From Balanoglossus misakiensis (taxonomy: Eukaryota; Animalia; Hemichordata), in assembly GCA_040954595.2 (NCBI GenBank), contig CM082582.2, positions 13,886,154 to 13,950,153 on the forward strand: 64,000 nt of DNA, written 5' to 3'. A model generated the notes under the pieces. It was given only the letters and a program-made list of their open reading frames with translations, did not search any database and was not told the DNA's origin. The translations under genes were made by a program, and so were the position numbers. The number at the start of each line of letters is the position of its first letter. Within the stretch, counting starts at the first letter, position 1. Positions 1-16,200 of this stretch are shown here, one piece after another.

Positions 1-530
1 ACATCAAACAGTAATCAAAATAGCGCAAGATATTTGGCATTCTTCATAAAATTTGCCCTCATAAAAAGAAAATTAAAACGCCTTCATTTTCATTTACTCT
101 TAATCTACGCTGAGTTATTTCTTTGATTCTTGGTAACTAAAACCACACTTCTTACATTAACGGCGATACAAATGCTAACCTGGTTATATCAGAAATTGTT
201 TAGCTTTCGCTGTCTTTTAAACCGTTGGGCTATCCATATAAAACTTGAGTTTGCGCATTGTGTCGTTGCCCAAGACATATCACACCCCTTATATGAAAAT
301 GGTTTTGCCCATGAAAGGAGTTCATTTAGAAAGCACTGGTAGCATTTTATTCTAATGTTCAACCTTTGGTGTATTGCAGATGATTCGCTCATGCTGACAG
401 TACCAAGCTTGGATTGATTTCTGTTGTAGTCCGCTTCTATCAGAACAAGAGACAGTACATGGCTTTTATTGCCAAACGATTAGTATCATCTTTCATTCTT
501 CAAACATTGTGGAAAATTTTAAATTTGAAA

Positions 531-1245
531 ATGATTTTGATTTGCATATTCTTGGTTACAACGAATTATATTTTCACTGAAGCATTATCCACAACGCCCA
601 CAGCAGTAACGGAAGATGGAATGTTGAGTTCGTCACCGGCATTATCCTCGTCTTTGGCTTTGACGACTGGATTGGCAACAACGTATTCGCGTTCGCCATC
701 GAACAGTAGTATAAAGGACTATAAGCCGCATGGCTACAGAAATGAATCTGGGACAGGGAGAAAACAAAATGCGACTCATGAAGATGACGACAAAGTGGTC
801 ATGTTTCTTCGCTATGTTGAGAAAGTGCAGGAAAACATTGATGATTGTAATCGTGGTACTGGGCAGCGCCTTCCAGAAGGGGAGTATAATACAGATCGGT
901 TCCGGGAACAGGCTACGCTAGCCGTCAATTTTGCTAATTTCCTGACTAGAATCTGGAAAGACCCCACCTTGGAGTCCGTACAACATTCACAAGAATTTTT
1001 CTACGTTGGCGTTCGATCTCTCCTGGACAGCAATAACCTAATATTTGCAGCAGGAAATTGCTACGATCGTTATGAGTTTGAAGACTTCAAGGAATTTTGT
1101 CCATACGCACACAGACTTCCTGATGGAAAGACACATGCCAAGGACCTTTCCCTAGAGTATCCATACCTAACCAACGACTCAGAATGGTTCTTCATGGCCA
1201 AGAAAAAAGCAGAGGCACTTCTCAGCAACTACAACAAAACCATAG
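531..1245 (+). CDS. GPR158: GPR158-like coding exon 1 (signal peptide, S/T-rich stalk, ectodomain)
   Basis: Within ORF 414-1289; donor ATAG|gtagg at 1245/1246, phase 1; start ATG at 531 or 459. Confidence 0.85.
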
Positions 1246-4200
1246 GTAGGTTCAGATCACTTTGTCGTGAACGTCATTCTTGTTTTTAGTAAACCTCTAA
1301 TTTGACCAATTTATTATCCACAGGAAGCTGGCAGTCGACTTCCGTCCAGGTTCACATAAGGTTTGATTGTGTTTCCGGGAAGTCAGACATTCCAAATTAC
1401 ATTGTGATATTTTGGTGCTACGACCAATACAATTAAGCAAATAAAATACGGCACATTGGCAATTGCGACCTTATTATCTACGTAATCACAACCAATACCA
1501 TCTATCTAAGTGCTTTTCTCTGTGCAATATTTAATGAAGTTAATATGCATTTAAATGGCCATTTGGACAGAGTGGATATTTACAGAAGTGGTTCTCGTGG
1601 TGCATGCCATGATTTTGTATAATTCACTAAATAACTCAAATCAGAGTTTTCCATCTTCGGTGCTTTTCTCCTTGGAATGACTACGCTGTTGCAGCAATCA
1701 TTGCTGGTTTAGAAAGGTGTGTAAAAGGTTCCCGCCAACTGTTCCAACTTCGATCGGTATGCTTGTCAACAGTTTCTATCCTGTAAATAACCCATCGGCA
1801 GGAAATTTTAACATTCAGAGCATTTCCGACTTCAGTACAAATTAAAAGGTAACCATAGTGGATGTGACATCTGCAGGCTACTCTAAAGGAAGTTATTCGA
1901 TGAATTGCTCACCCAAATGCATCTTTTCACAAATCTGAAGCGAGTATAGACGATAAAGCTTGAGTACTTGCATAAATCTAGACAAAATACTGCAGGTTCA
2001 CCTAAAACTATGATCATTTGGGTTTATCACAAAATTACTAGACCCATTTTTTATTTGCAAGTACAGAGGATGTATAGAGGATTTTATGTGACGTATCCTC
2101 CACAGAAACACTATATGAAATATGTGTTCAGTCGCTGTCAAGTTCAGTGTGAATGAATATACTTCGGGAAAAAATATCAAAACATTGTATCTCAATTTAG
2201 CGAGGAAACCAACCATGGAGAGGAATAATTATGTTATAAAAACTTGACATTTTAAAGTTATAAAAGAAAGAAATATGGTGCAAATATGGTGTATATTATG
2301 AAACAAAGTAGATACGCTTTTTTTTTTTGCCCTAAATCTCCTGTCGTGAGCCTTGTAGATGGTTTGAAAATGTAAACACCACTGTAGTGGGATGACAGCA
2401 TAGTGAGAAAGATGTAGCTGACATGCAGAGTGGGCGTGCCAAAGATTCAAATTACCCCCAGGCACACTCACATGTAATAACTATAATGATATGGCTGTTC
2501 CGATTCCTGGACTTCATCCCGTTCAAATTCCGGTATGCCAGTTTCCGCTGAAATCATAATTGACGCAAATTATTTCGATTTTTGATATACAGAGTAATTT
2601 TGTGGATAATATGTGCTTTCATCTCTTTTAATTTTATAAGCAATTACTAGGTTATACATTATTTGTTTGCAAAACTAAAGCCAAGTTTGGAATCTTCTGG
2701 AAACCAAAATTTGTTCAGAATATACAAAGTAATAATGTATTACAATAGAAAAATTGCAATAGACCTCTAGTCGATGAGCCCAGGGAGATAATGCGACGGC
2801 AAAGCTGGATTCTTCTCCCTGGGACCGACAGAATGGAATCATTTTAAGACTGTCAATCTACATGCACACGTAAGCTTACCAGAATATTTCACTTTCACCC
2901 TCTTTACACACTCTACCCAGTCATCTCCAAATTGAAGATTACAGACAACTTTTCTGTCAAGAGAAAGTACAATATATCATCATCGTTGTCGTCGTCATCA
3001 ACAACATCAACAATAATACTACATGACACCTTATTTATGGTATTAATTTAATTATAGAAACTAAAGCAATAATAAAGCATTAAACACCTTTTACTAGAAA
3101 TACATGTATGAGCGTGACCAGGTCAATAAACCCAAATTAAAGAAGTCAGTGTTTAGTATAGAGTTCTATATTGGTGAATGTCAACGATACGGGTCTCTCT
3201 GCCCACTCAAACGTAAGTACACGCAGAACACATTTAGTCACGTATTACCTTAAAAAACCATGGCAGTTCTGACTTCAGCGTATTTGGGAACATTCAAGTT
3301 TACGCATACTAATTTTTGCTGTATTGCCTATATGATCTTGCAACCATGAGTTACTAAAGAACTGACATAGACTGGCCAGTCTAAGCTGTCAAGGAGTGTG
3401 AAGGTTGTGAAGGTTGTGTATACTTGTAATACATGATTGGTCAAGTGGAGGCGAATTCTGTCCTTGCATAATTTCAGGACACTATTCAATAATTGGAGAA
3501 CCCAGTGACTTCTGTGCGCCATCCGTGCAGTACAGAAAATGTTTTTATTCATGGAGCGTGGTATTCTTCTCACTCGCTGTGCTTGGAATTACTTTTAAAA
3601 CACTTTCACTCAATAAGCTCATGAAATACATACGCAGCATAACGGCCTCATTCTTTAAAATCACCTTATTGGTTAAATAAATAACCCAGTAAATATACCA
3701 CACACTACATTTGGATTTGTGCAATTTTTTGAGATTTTCCTATGCAGTTGGTCCCAAACCTATTTTTGAGGCCTAGTATCCTCGTTTTGGGGCTTTGTAA
3801 CCGAGATTGTCATAGGGCAAGTGTACAACTACAAGTCAGACCACCTGCGCACATGGTACGTTATACAATTTCACGAGAAAAATATTTCAAATTAATGAAC
3901 CAGCTATAGCACTTAAGGACAATTATTGTAAGCTCGTAGCAATTGTACCATGATTAAAGAGTTACATTCACTGTCGGTGATGTACGAGAAGTCACAGCTA
4001 ATATGATACAACAGCAACACCAGCACTTCATTTAGAAATACACAGTACCATATTAATAGGCTTAAAATGTCTCGTAGAGCGACTGACATGCTTCCAATTA
4101 AAAGTGCACCCCTGTGTTAAATCTTGCCTTAGGATTAATAGCTTATGTTCTTGTTGCCGTCATCGCATTCTATTAGTTTAACGCACAATCCCCTTATTTG

Positions 4201-7200
4201 CTCAAAGGGTGTTTTGAAAGGAACAGACTAGTTGCTGTACCATTTTAATACTGGAATGTTATCAAAGTTATGGGCTCATGGACCAAAGGGTTGCCTTTAA
4301 TGACCTACTTAAGATTTGTTGAATTTGTTAATTTTTCTAGATCGGCTCAGTTGTTCTGTTTGTATACTAAAACTTTGAGAGAATAATTCATGAAAATGAA
4401 AGTGTTACTCAATGTTGTGGTAATCAGACACGAGTCAGCACTAAAATTTGACCAGGTCATACTAGTCTTCTAACTTTCAATATGAAAATAAAAAGTAGCA
4501 TTATTTGCATGTAAGAACGAATAATTACGAAAATATTGTTTAGCGGAAATATGGTAACCATTATAATTGTCTTATTTTGGAACGTAGTTTTTAACATTTT
4601 TGGCATTGTCTATACAACTGTCATGTGATTGACGTTTTGCAAAGCCTCTACTACACTACTACAAAATGTTATCATTATTTTTGGCATAAATGTGTATCAA
4701 GTAAAGCTTATGTTATGCATCAGATTTGTTATGTAGGTCTTCATTCATTATATATGTTGCATTCATCATTTTCGGTTCATGAGACTTTAGTAAACAGCTG
4801 ATATTTGTAAAATAAAAGAATGTAAAGTCAAGATAAATTTTAACCAGTTTGCATTTGCTAATAATTGAGACCAAGTTATATATTGTTATTTGCAATGATA
4901 TCAGGAATGTCGATACTGAGATTGAGCAAGCCCAGTTAATTAATGGAATCCAAGATGGTGACAATCACACTGAACTGTAATTTCAATTGATAAAATTTAT
5001 GAACATGATGTTGTGATATAGCAAGTGCAAATGATGTATATTCTACCTGCCACATTTTATCTGTTGCAACATGATAACAGGTCTTTGGATATGAACACTG
5101 CGTAGGTAGAGGAAATGAGGAACTTGAACATGAGAATGTTTGGTAAGCCAACATTACACTGTACAGTAGTTTTTGTGATTCCCAAGAGTGACCTTTAGTG
5201 AGACATAACAGTTTGCAAGTCGAGATTGTATAAGGTGTACTTTTCCTATTAAATTTTCATGCACAAGCGAAGCGCGTTAAAGCAAATTAGAGTCAGCGTT
5301 AACAGCCTACGGTTTCTGATATACTTTAGTACTTACTGTAGGCATGTATTCACAATGAAAAAGCCATTGCATGATGACTGTGACAGTGAATTCCCATGAG
5401 GAATCAAACAGCAAGGTTTAATGTTTTCGTAAAAAAAGAGTGAGAAGCGAATGTTAGTCGCTATTTTACAACGGGTTTCTAATTGTATTTTAATGTAATT
5501 GTGTACTGTTAAAAAATTTCATGGCTTTCACAAGGCACTCAAATTTGAAATATGTCATAACCCCCCATAAACATAGGGTAATATCGTATAAACATAGAAA
5601 TGAAATAGTGTATTATTACTTTATGCAATACAACGTTTTGCATTTGGCATGTTTTCACTGGTCAACATCCCAATTATCTTAAACATCGCAGAATTATTAT
5701 CCTCACTATTTTATCCGTCTATCTTTGCATCCAATCATTAAACTACAATTTGTATTCTACATTTTGCATCCTGGGACAGTCACTGACCATTGATTACACG
5801 TTCAGTGGCATCATGTTTGAATGACCAACTTTCAAGACCATGGAAGTTACTGGACAGTATGATTTAAACATAATCATGTGTTTTAAGATGTGTCACAGTT
5901 ACATAGTTTTGAATTGCATCACATCACCGGAGAATCTAACATAATAGCAGCACTACCATGTTGTAAAATTGATCAAACTATCTAGGCAAACAATCCACTG
6001 ATGAAGTCACCCTATCTGCGTGTGATGCACAATCTGCTGAGAGTTTTCTGAAGAGCCCACAACCTAGTTGAACGGCGCCAAATGTCTTGTTGCTATGCTA
6101 CAGTCATGCGCAAATTCTGTACGTCAGTTTTGCCATAAAATGTGGCTTCATGTAATCAGGGGATATTTGAATTTAGTCAATTGTACGTCACTTTCACACA
6201 ACAACTGTGCATAAGTTCAACACATGGTGTCAGGCATATGACTCCATGTGTACTTAATCTAATGATGGAAATATGAATATTGTCTGATTTTTAAATATGG
6301 ACTGACTTCATTTGCAATTGGAAATAATGGAGACGATTAATTCATAGTCTCTCTGACTTTACAGTTTTCTGAAGATTATAATTGACGACAGTTGCAAACT
6401 TATTTGAGCAGAATTGAGAAACATAGGCAGGGTGCACACCTTGAAATGCTCTTGAACAGATGTCGTGCAAATGCAAATATGTAGAAACCCTATTCTCAAA
6501 TCAACTGAAATCGACCGTAACCTACATATCTCGGTGGTTGATGAACAGAACCATGATCACCCATAACAACGCCTTTCTGTTCAGCTGTGTTACTTCAAAC
6601 GATAGGTCCGACAGCTGATAGCAACATCATACGCCATAAAATGGCTCAATTTGTGACAAACTATTTAACGCATCATTCAGGTTGTCTTCGGGTCAAAATG
6701 TAGAAACCAGCAAAATTAGATTGATTTAGTTTATCATTGATTCCAACCAGCTTGAAGACTGAAAATCGAATGCGGGAACAATATTTTCCTGGAGTATTTT
6801 CTGAATGGGCGGCAACCCCTTCCCTGTAGATTCGTTTGTCAACGTTAGGGGTGGATGCGCGACGATTTGATAACGGGGAGGCCTGGAAGATATCTTGACG
6901 CATCTTATCATCAGTCTTTTGTTGAGAAGGGGATTTTTTTTCAAAGTTCATTGCCAACACATACAGTGATAATGACCTATTTAAAACAATTTTGTATGAT
7001 TATTAATTGTTATTATTATTATTAATAAATGTATTATATAATTTGAAGGGTTTGGTAAATATGAGCTTGCAAAATTCATTTGTAAAACCCTTCAACTAAA
7101 AAAACATCCATAAATTGCTGCAACCATTAAAACAACAACATTTACAAAAATGATGCCATGAAAATTGTTGGGATCTGTGATTGTGACTTTGACAGCCTGA

Positions 7201-10200
7201 GCCTTAGAACAGTACTGCCTTTCCTCTTTTTGTCGGGTGATAAAACCCAGGTATTCACGCATTCGATTTTGTTTCTACATAGTAGATAAACATGTTCGGC
7301 TTGATTATTATACAGAGATAAATACACCTTAATGACAGTAATTGACTCTTTTCATGGCAGTTACACCTTAATGACAATAATTGACTCTTTTCATGGTAGA
7401 ACAGTTTTATCGCTCTTGTTAACACTGGTCTATAGAATTTCCTATCGTTACTCACAGTTAATGGATCTGCATTTTGCAATTGCGAAGTAGTGATTTATTC
7501 ACTTTGAATAGATAAAGTCTACCCTGCGCATGTTTCAACAATTACCTCTGGACGATACACTTGGAATTTCCCAACTAATTTAACGGCTGCTGTTATGATT
7601 TTCCTCAAGAGCTAAAGAGCCGGCATTATTGCCACAGAGGATAATGCCTTGCAATCATCTTCTAAACATTATTGGCCAAGAATGGAATGGCCTAGTTTAT
7701 ATCTGTATTGCTTTCAATTGTTGTGTGGGCTAAATAACAGCAACCAAATGCTTAGAATGCTTAAATATGGGCAAATTACAGGCAACCTCTAAAGAAGGCT
7801 GTAAAGGTGACTTTTCTGTACAAATAATCCATTCGATGTAATTTCAATTCCGGTATTAAATTTGTTTTCCTGATGCTGGTACAAAGCGAAAACTATCATC
7901 AATTCTTTGTCAGATGACTATTTAGATAGGTGCATTCATCAAAAAATGTTATAAATTGTTAGGATAAGCGGTTGCTGAGCGATAACTGTCCAGTAAATAG
8001 ATACCGCTGTACTTTTGAATGAATTCGAATTGAGGGAAATGCAGGGTTTTCTCTACTTCAATCATGATCATGGTTTCATGTTTGACTCGAATCGTGAGGT
8101 GATGTCTCTTCTGGTGCGAGTCTAACACATCCCTGAGGAGCCTACACGACGCTATAGATGATTAATCTCTTTTCAAGCGTAGCGTTGACGAGGCATTTTG
8201 TCGTCGAATGGTGAACTAGTGCTGTGACTTGAACAGCATTCAAAAAGGACATGTTAAGACCCATGTTCACTGATAGAGATCAGATTGTATCATGAGACAG
8301 TTAGTAGTGTTAATCGATGACTAATTTACACATTCAACAATTGCACAATTAGCCCTAAAAATAAAGAGATTTGTGGATTCGTTGTGGGCAAGTCTTTGAA
8401 GTATTACCCTAAAAATACAGTACAGCAACTATGATCAATCAATTAGTAAAACAATCAATTCATGGGGTGTTGAAACTCAATTTTAATTTTGTTTACTGGG
8501 AACCTTGATCTGTATCTCTCTTTGCGATGAACATACATGGACTTTAAGTTCGTGAAACATTGATACCTCATAATTTTGACAATTGTGGAAAATTGATGCC
8601 ATTTGAACGGAATCATGCACTAGCTTCCGGTCAAAAGCTGTGTCATATGTTATAAGATTACAATAAGATTCCAGAAAGCTAAACAATATACCGGTATACC
8701 GACACCGTTCTGCGTCATGTTAATCTTTTCAAGAGACCACATGAATGAGAATTATATAACATTACCCCCATCTATTTTACCTTCAGTTTAAATCTGCAGT
8801 TAGTGATTTCATTTCCCCATCTGTTTTACCTTTCAAAATTGCAGTTTGAGATTTCATGGGCTATACAAGTGTTTATACGATCTTGTATTTAATATGATTA
8901 TCTTGTTTTCATAAAGCATGCCTGTCTGCTATTTCTCCATAACAGACCACCCATAATAACCTATGGTGGTCATACCAGTCATAAATAATATTCAACAATC
9001 ATGGTTTTACCCTTGGCAATTCTTCTGCTATACAAATGGGGGAACTATTGACAAGAGGATATGCCCTGACAAAATCGCTAGAAGGGTGCAGTGATAGGAA
9101 TTTTAATTTCACGCATCATTTGCTCCCCATTATTCCCCACATGATCATCGGTGAGCGGAACACAACCATTATCACTCATCAAATACTGGCATTTTAGTCG
9201 ACGGACCATGACACCTTCATCATATCTTGCCATTTTCCTTCTTCTACGCGTAAATTTGACCAACAGAGATGATAGACACAATATCGATTTGTTGCATACT
9301 CTTTGAATGGGAAATGCCGGCATTATTTGAAGTTATTGTGAATATTTTGTTTTATGCAATGAGTATGTTATTTACCCTATTCTTTACTCGGTAAAGCACA
9401 CTGCATTGTGTTGACACATAGCCTAAAGAAATGAGATTGAGTAAAGTGTGTGATGACATATGTGATGATTGTGCAAAAGAAAGAAATATTTGAACCCTAC
9501 GCATTCAATGAAGGACAACTGTGATATACAATGTGCGGTAGTCTGAATGGCACAAGGAAACCATCAAATTAAAGGATCCACCATGCCAGGTTTAGTTTTC
9601 CAGAGAGGTGGCTGCATCAAAAGTAGTAGGTGCATGGGTCAACTATGTTTTACTCGCCCGGGGTGTTAAAGCAAACTGAGGCTATCACTTTTTGATAATT
9701 TAATTCTCCTATTCCTAGATTCACCAACGTTACCACGCTTAATGATGATGTCTATCTCTTCAAATTTAACTTAGGTGGTGTCCGAAGATTTCCTTCTTAT
9801 ACTTTCCGCCAAACGGATTAAAAGATGATTTTTTAGGGTTTCTGATGATGGAGGCAAACGATATTGGCAGCATCTCACAGGACTTCCTTTTTCATGAAGA
9901 AATGCGAAACATTAAGCTTATTACAATGTGTGCGACCCCGTAGAGAAAAAACCCATTCCAACAGTGATAATACCCTGTAGGGTATATAGTAAAGTTTCTC
10001 ATTTTGATCTTCCTCTGATGCACGCATTTTAGAACATGGCATTGTAATCAATTATTACTGTGAGTAACATGCTGTTGCTTTGTTGAATGTTCAACTTGCC
10101 ACATTTTCATCATCGCATTCATATCTGATTGAATGTAATTTTCACTGTAGTATTCAAGAGCCAGGTCTGGATTCCTGTAAGATCTTCCGTTATTAAAAAC

Positions 10201-13200
10201 GAAATTACAACACACAGCAAGACTGAATGGAGTAATAAAAATAATCAGTGCCGACCATGTCTGTATCAAATTTCAATTCGGAAATGAATGAAATAACGGA
10301 AAAATTACTTTCCGTCACTAATCTTTATCTTCAGAGAGCATCGCCAGAATATGCCTGTCGATTTACAAAATTTGTTTGTATATTCTAAGACCAAATATGT
10401 CGGCTTGTGGCTGACTATTCAGTAAACTACACTCAGTCACGTGACCTTTTTCATGATTCATCAGCCGATCTCCAGACAACTGCCAGGATTTGTTTAACCA
10501 GCTCACCGCCGTAAATTCTAATGTGACTATCAGTGAATAGAATGAGCATGCTGCAGTCGTTCCTACTGGAATACATTCAAAAGTAATGGTAGTTTCCACT
10601 GAATATTAGACTCAACTGAGGTAATGAATGCCTTAAGCAATGTTTGTAAATTTCACTTGACCTTGTGCAAGGCTTACATTTTCTCGCAAGTGCAAATTGC
10701 CAGATGGAAAACGTGTTGAAGATGTGGTCGTTACACTGCAGTTCTAAACATAGATGCATATCAAATGGTGGGGAAGTACTAAAATGAAAAACACTGAATT
10801 ATGATGTGGGTTTGTGCATAGTATGGGTTTCTTCAGTTCGCTTTTGACGGAAAAAGCAGTACAAGAGATATGCAGCTAAAAATAAGTATTTCTCATTTTG
10901 CAGAAATTCAATTTCTTCGCATGGGTTCCGTACACATGGGGATTATATATATTAAAATATCTCCAGGAGACTCCTCTGTCCATACATACACTATTTGACA
11001 CCACTATTAGACAACTACTGTAATCGTGTTTTAAAATACTAAAACCTACTTCAACACGCAAGTACACGTTTTAATGCCTTACCAATAATCTACCTATCTC
11101 TCATACCAGATTGCTGGGAATAATGCCGAAATGAAAACGACAAGCAGCTGATAGACGGTTTGCATTTTAAAATGCTGTTTCCCCTGGGTTTATTGTTGGA
11201 AGAAATAAACATATTCTGTTATCGGATTTAGAAAAAGTTTAATTTAAAGGAAATAAATTTACAAAACAAAGTATAATGAATGCGATGACAGAGAGTGGAT
11301 TGTTTTCCACAAAACAAGAAATAAACAAAATGGTTCAACCGTTGGTACCTATTAGAAACAGAAATGCATATATGGCGCTAGAGTTCGTCAAGTTCGTTAG
11401 GCTATTTTTCTTGCTCTGTATTGCCACTGTAAATATTAGAGATATATTGTGTATTTGCCATTTCTCAGGCACAAAAATTGTAAAATTCAGGATTCTCAAA
11501 ACTGGTCTACATGTACATGGTGTGACAATGTTAATGTTGAAGACCGAGTTCATAAAATATTTGTAATCTGTTTATGACACAGCTACCAATATTATAATAT
11601 GATTATGTCAATTATTTGCAAATCTAGTAATGAGTTACGTGGTAGAACAATTGTTTTGTTTTTCTAATTTCCTGTTACAAGACCAAATAAAGACATCAAT
11701 GCTGTTTCTAATCATGGATGAGTCTTGCATTAAATATTGATTATATTGTGCTTTCCATTCTTCTTGAACATATCTTGGATAATATAAACTAACTGACCTG
11801 GTGTGTTCTTCTCTCAGGTTTGACAACATTGCGTCACAATTCAACCAAGTTCGGCAAGACGGAAACTGATGAAAGTATTCTTGTCGGATACGAGAATGGA
11901 CATTGGAGTTTACCTTATTTTGACTGCGGTGGTGGTAACATCTGGATGATGACATACACTGTGCCATTCCTGGGCTATAGAAACAGCACATACCACTTTA
12001 AGTAAGTATTTCTTATCATCAATCTGTTTCCTATCGAGCTGAAAAATCATTGACACATAATATTTGTACTACATGAAAATGTTACATGAACAATTTTTCC
12101 TGAAAACAACATTCAGATTTGATCCTGCATTGCCCACTTTTACTGTTCCAGGGTTTTAAACAAGTGATAACAGTTACACCTTGAAAGTTTCTATCCTGGT
12201 GCAAAAATGTCACCGTAGCACAGAAATGGGATGATAGAACTTCTGCATTTCATACTGCGCAGCAATAAAATCCGTGGGTAGCTCTTTTTTCCGAGAATTA
12301 CTTCTTAAATAGATTTCGATCAAAATAAGAGCGCTAATCTGGTGGTGACATGTTGTCTGTATGTAAGGATGCTAGCACCTATCGCCTTCTTTACTTCGAG
12401 CACAGACTGTACACAATGAAATACTAATATACGTTCTGTCAGCATGTCCCTTATGTAAACAACATTACCCGAAGTCTTCAGGGGTGTAATATAGATGCCC
12501 ACATACTCTGTTGGCTGGTCTTAAATGTTCGTGACTACGGTAGCTTTCGCCCTACACACCATCAGGTCAAACGTTTGGAATCTAAGTACGGCGGGAAAGT
12601 GAGGTGTGAAGAAAATAAATTCTACTGTAACTTCAAATGAAATGAAAAGAACGGTCGGTGTAGCAACAAGTGCAACTGAAACAATGGAGGAAGAAATGTT
12701 TGTGGATTGCCATGAGTATACAAAAAGAGGAGTTAGGTATTCAAGCCACCGGGGTAGAGTGTTTCAATAATGTCTCTCAAGGTACTGTTCAAAGGAAGAC
12801 AAACTTAAGTTGAGTGTGTGACATTACCTACAGACTCGCATGTTTCTGCATATTTGAAACAGACAAATGAGCATTATTATTTTCATTAAACAGACATCAG
12901 ACCAAATGGTCGACAATCGAAACCATTGCTAATACGGAAATTCTCATTTTCCTTGAGGCAGAGAGCAATCAGGGATGCAGTTCTGTCACGCTTTTGGCGT
13001 ATTTCCCATAGATGTACTTCAATCTGAGTAACTGTGCTTGTCATAATGAACCTTCATTGACGTTCGGGAGACTTAAACCGGGTTACGTCCCCCACTACTC
13101 AGCATTCATTATAGCAATATTTCAAGGCAGTTACCTTGAAATGTTAACATTCGACAATCTGCAGTGTCGAAACATCGAGAATTGTTTGTCCACCGCCTCC

Positions 13201-16200
13201 GAGTCCCATTACACCAGATATTCATGCAAAGGAAGTGATTTTTATATTGAAAATCTATTTTTTATTTAGATTAAACATCTTAAAACACAAATGGACACAT
13301 AAGAGATCGTCATACCATTTGTAACATTCCAATTCGGAGTGTATCACATGACAAGACTGTAAAAATCTGTATGGTAATCTAATGCAATTATTTTGCAAAG
13401 ATCCATTTGACAAGAGTTCAAATTATAGTGGTTTACAACCTTTATCTGATTTTAGCACGCACAAAATTCTGTTGTTCTCGGTGCCATATGTATTTATGAT
13501 GGTTACAGAAGAGATGGCAGCATCTACGTTAATGTGATTGAGACGTTTTGGTGGGAGAGAAGTTCTGACAAATGACTTCCTTCATATCTTAGGTCGACTT
13601 TACAACTGAAGGTTACAGAGGAAAATCCTCCACATAATTCGGAAAAGGGGGATTATAAAACAAGCTAATCTCTCAGATTAACATGTTGCGAATGGCAGTA
13701 GACACCAAAGTAAGCCGCCAACATCATTATATGCAACTTCTATCCTAGGCCTTAAATGACCGCTTATTCATTGTCACTCCCATTGCACCTCGTTTCACAT
13801 CATGCTCACTCAAATTTACTAATATTCCATCAGAGTAGCTTAGCCTTATAATTGGAGACACCGCCACTGATAAAGTGCAGCTACAATAGTAAGGAATACA
13901 AAGCCTTGGTTACTTTCTCCTGGATGCGGTATCAAATATGAACCTCAAAGCCTCTCGAGTCATCTGTATTCATGTATCTAAATGATGATAGCGTCTCCTC
14001 AGCTTCTTGGAAGTTACCATGGTTATTAGATATACCAAACGAGAGCACAATATGTTGAAATAAGTTGGTTCATGGTAGTTGTTAATTACATTCATCTATT
14101 AAAAGAGTCAGTACCCCTGGTTTAGTACTGTGCATGTCCAAGGCATGTATCTATTGAAACAGTGAAAAGAAAGGAGTTTTTCGTTGCAGTAATCACACCA
14201 GATATTGTTTCTTATTCTTGGTAGACCAATCAAAATCACGAAAACTGTGAAATTTTTTAAACGACACAATATCGTGATAAAAAGGAAATACTTGCAAAAT
14301 ATTGCAGACTAGTACGTCATAAAACAATTATTAAGAAAAAGAAAAATATATAGTCGTGTATAAAAAGTGAACAATTTGATACCAAGGAGAACATGCATCA
14401 TGATTTTCATGGGAGTGTCACATTTCGAATATACTATATCAAATTTTTTATGACAAAACAAGACAGTAAAAATAAAATGAGATATAACAATTATATTATG
14501 GCGGCTATCTCCCCACAAACTGTCTTGAAAATTGTGGAGATTTCCAATAAGGATAAAGTTTATTTTTCTTACCACTATTGTCTTGATTCTCTGTTTAATT
14601 ATTTCGTGAAGTAGATTCAAACGGTTTCGAAGATTTCCCCAAAACAGCCATTACATTCACACAATGTCTCTAAACACTCAATAAGTGTGTGTAACATAGG
14701 ATGTAAAGGGTTGAGTTGCCTAGGAGAAAGAAATGGTTGTTTGCAATGGCAACATCTGGAGTATTTTGATAGTTACATTGACACAGCTACTCACCATTGG
14801 AGTTTTAGTCTCTAGTAAAGCAACTTTTGACAGGAAAAAGCGTAGTCATATTCCGGCGATAAATATTCATATTCCAACTTGCTTACTTTCCGACAGATTC
14901 AGAAGTTGACAGAATTGCTGGTTAATAAATGTCTAAATTTAAAGAAAACCATTTAGCCATGAGGTGTTATTACAAACACTAGATAATATTACCACAAAAC
15001 TAGCTATATGTTTATTCCCTTCCATTCTTGGTGTCAGAAATGACAGTAAACAGACCAATGTCTAATGACTAAATAATAAGTATTGAAGTTGAAGAGAATC
15101 TGCCAAGTAGATCTGAGACGGTACGGTGTTTCGTTTCCTATTAGAACACGCTAGTTGATTTGCAAGGCAGCCAGAAGGAGTAATGGCAACCTTAGTCACG
15201 TCAGTCAAAAGCTGTGGTAAATAGTTCGATTTCTCAAAATGTCATAGGCTCAGCTGTCAGTCAAACTGCGGGCTGCAATTTTATAGTTAAGTCCTGTTTA
15301 TATACCTTTTAATGACATACGGATGATCATAGTCGTATTGTTGCCGGTTGCGTCAATCAAAGTCAGACCTGAGTCTGAACACTCACCTCGTCACATCTTA
15401 AAGACTTGCCTCAATTGCAATTAGAAACGATCAAAATGACTTTGAAGCAATTAATGTGTCAAACCTTGGCATCCTGTCGTCTGGCAGTGCAGTCAACATT
15501 ATTGTATTGATTGCTTCAAACTTCTGAATGGGGCTTTTTCGTACTAAGGGATTTTTGTCCACAAGAGTCTAAATGAAACGCTTAAGAGCAACACAGCGAT
15601 ACGCTCTCCTACCTGCTTTGATTATTTAATTTGGCCAATGGTATCATGACATGAAGTTCTCAATTCTACGTGTCAGATGACGTTAAGAAACAGTCAGCCA
15701 GGCTTAAAGTTGTTATGCACTGAAAGCAAGTGGTTAACCATTAATGGTAAACCACTTGCAGTCTACATGTTAACTTGCGTCTTACTGTAGCTTGCTGTTT
15801 ATCATTGTCATAATGACAAGGCCATGGTTACTGGACTTGACAAAAATAAATGTAAAGATGCCTCCGTACATTGTTTGGGACATACAGACAGCTGCAGTGT
15901 TGAAAAAACAGCAGAGCAACCAGAAGATTATGAGATTGCGTATACAATTTAAAATCGGTTTCAGTTAACAATCACCATAGTGGTAAAGGTTGAAGAATGA
16001 TCGATGCCTTTCATGAGTCTATATTATGTGTATATACATAAAATATGAACATTTTTTTTTCAATGCTGATAATGTTTGCAAACTGGCTAATGTCATTATC
16101 TGCCAATTATTTGCTCCATGTGTAAACATAGCATTGTAATAGGAGACTTTAATGTTATTTTGAGTAATTGATTACTATCAACAGATTTTCACCCCTTCCT

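Noticed and set aside
414-530. ORF-track start at 414 for the GPCR
   Set aside because: It is a TTG start; the ATG at 531 (or 459) precedes the signal-peptide-like segment.
1246-11817. Nested gene in the 10.5-kb first intron of the GPCR
   Set aside because: Only short ORFs without recognisable domains or a consistent exon chain were seen; small ncRNAs cannot be excluded without a covariance-model search.
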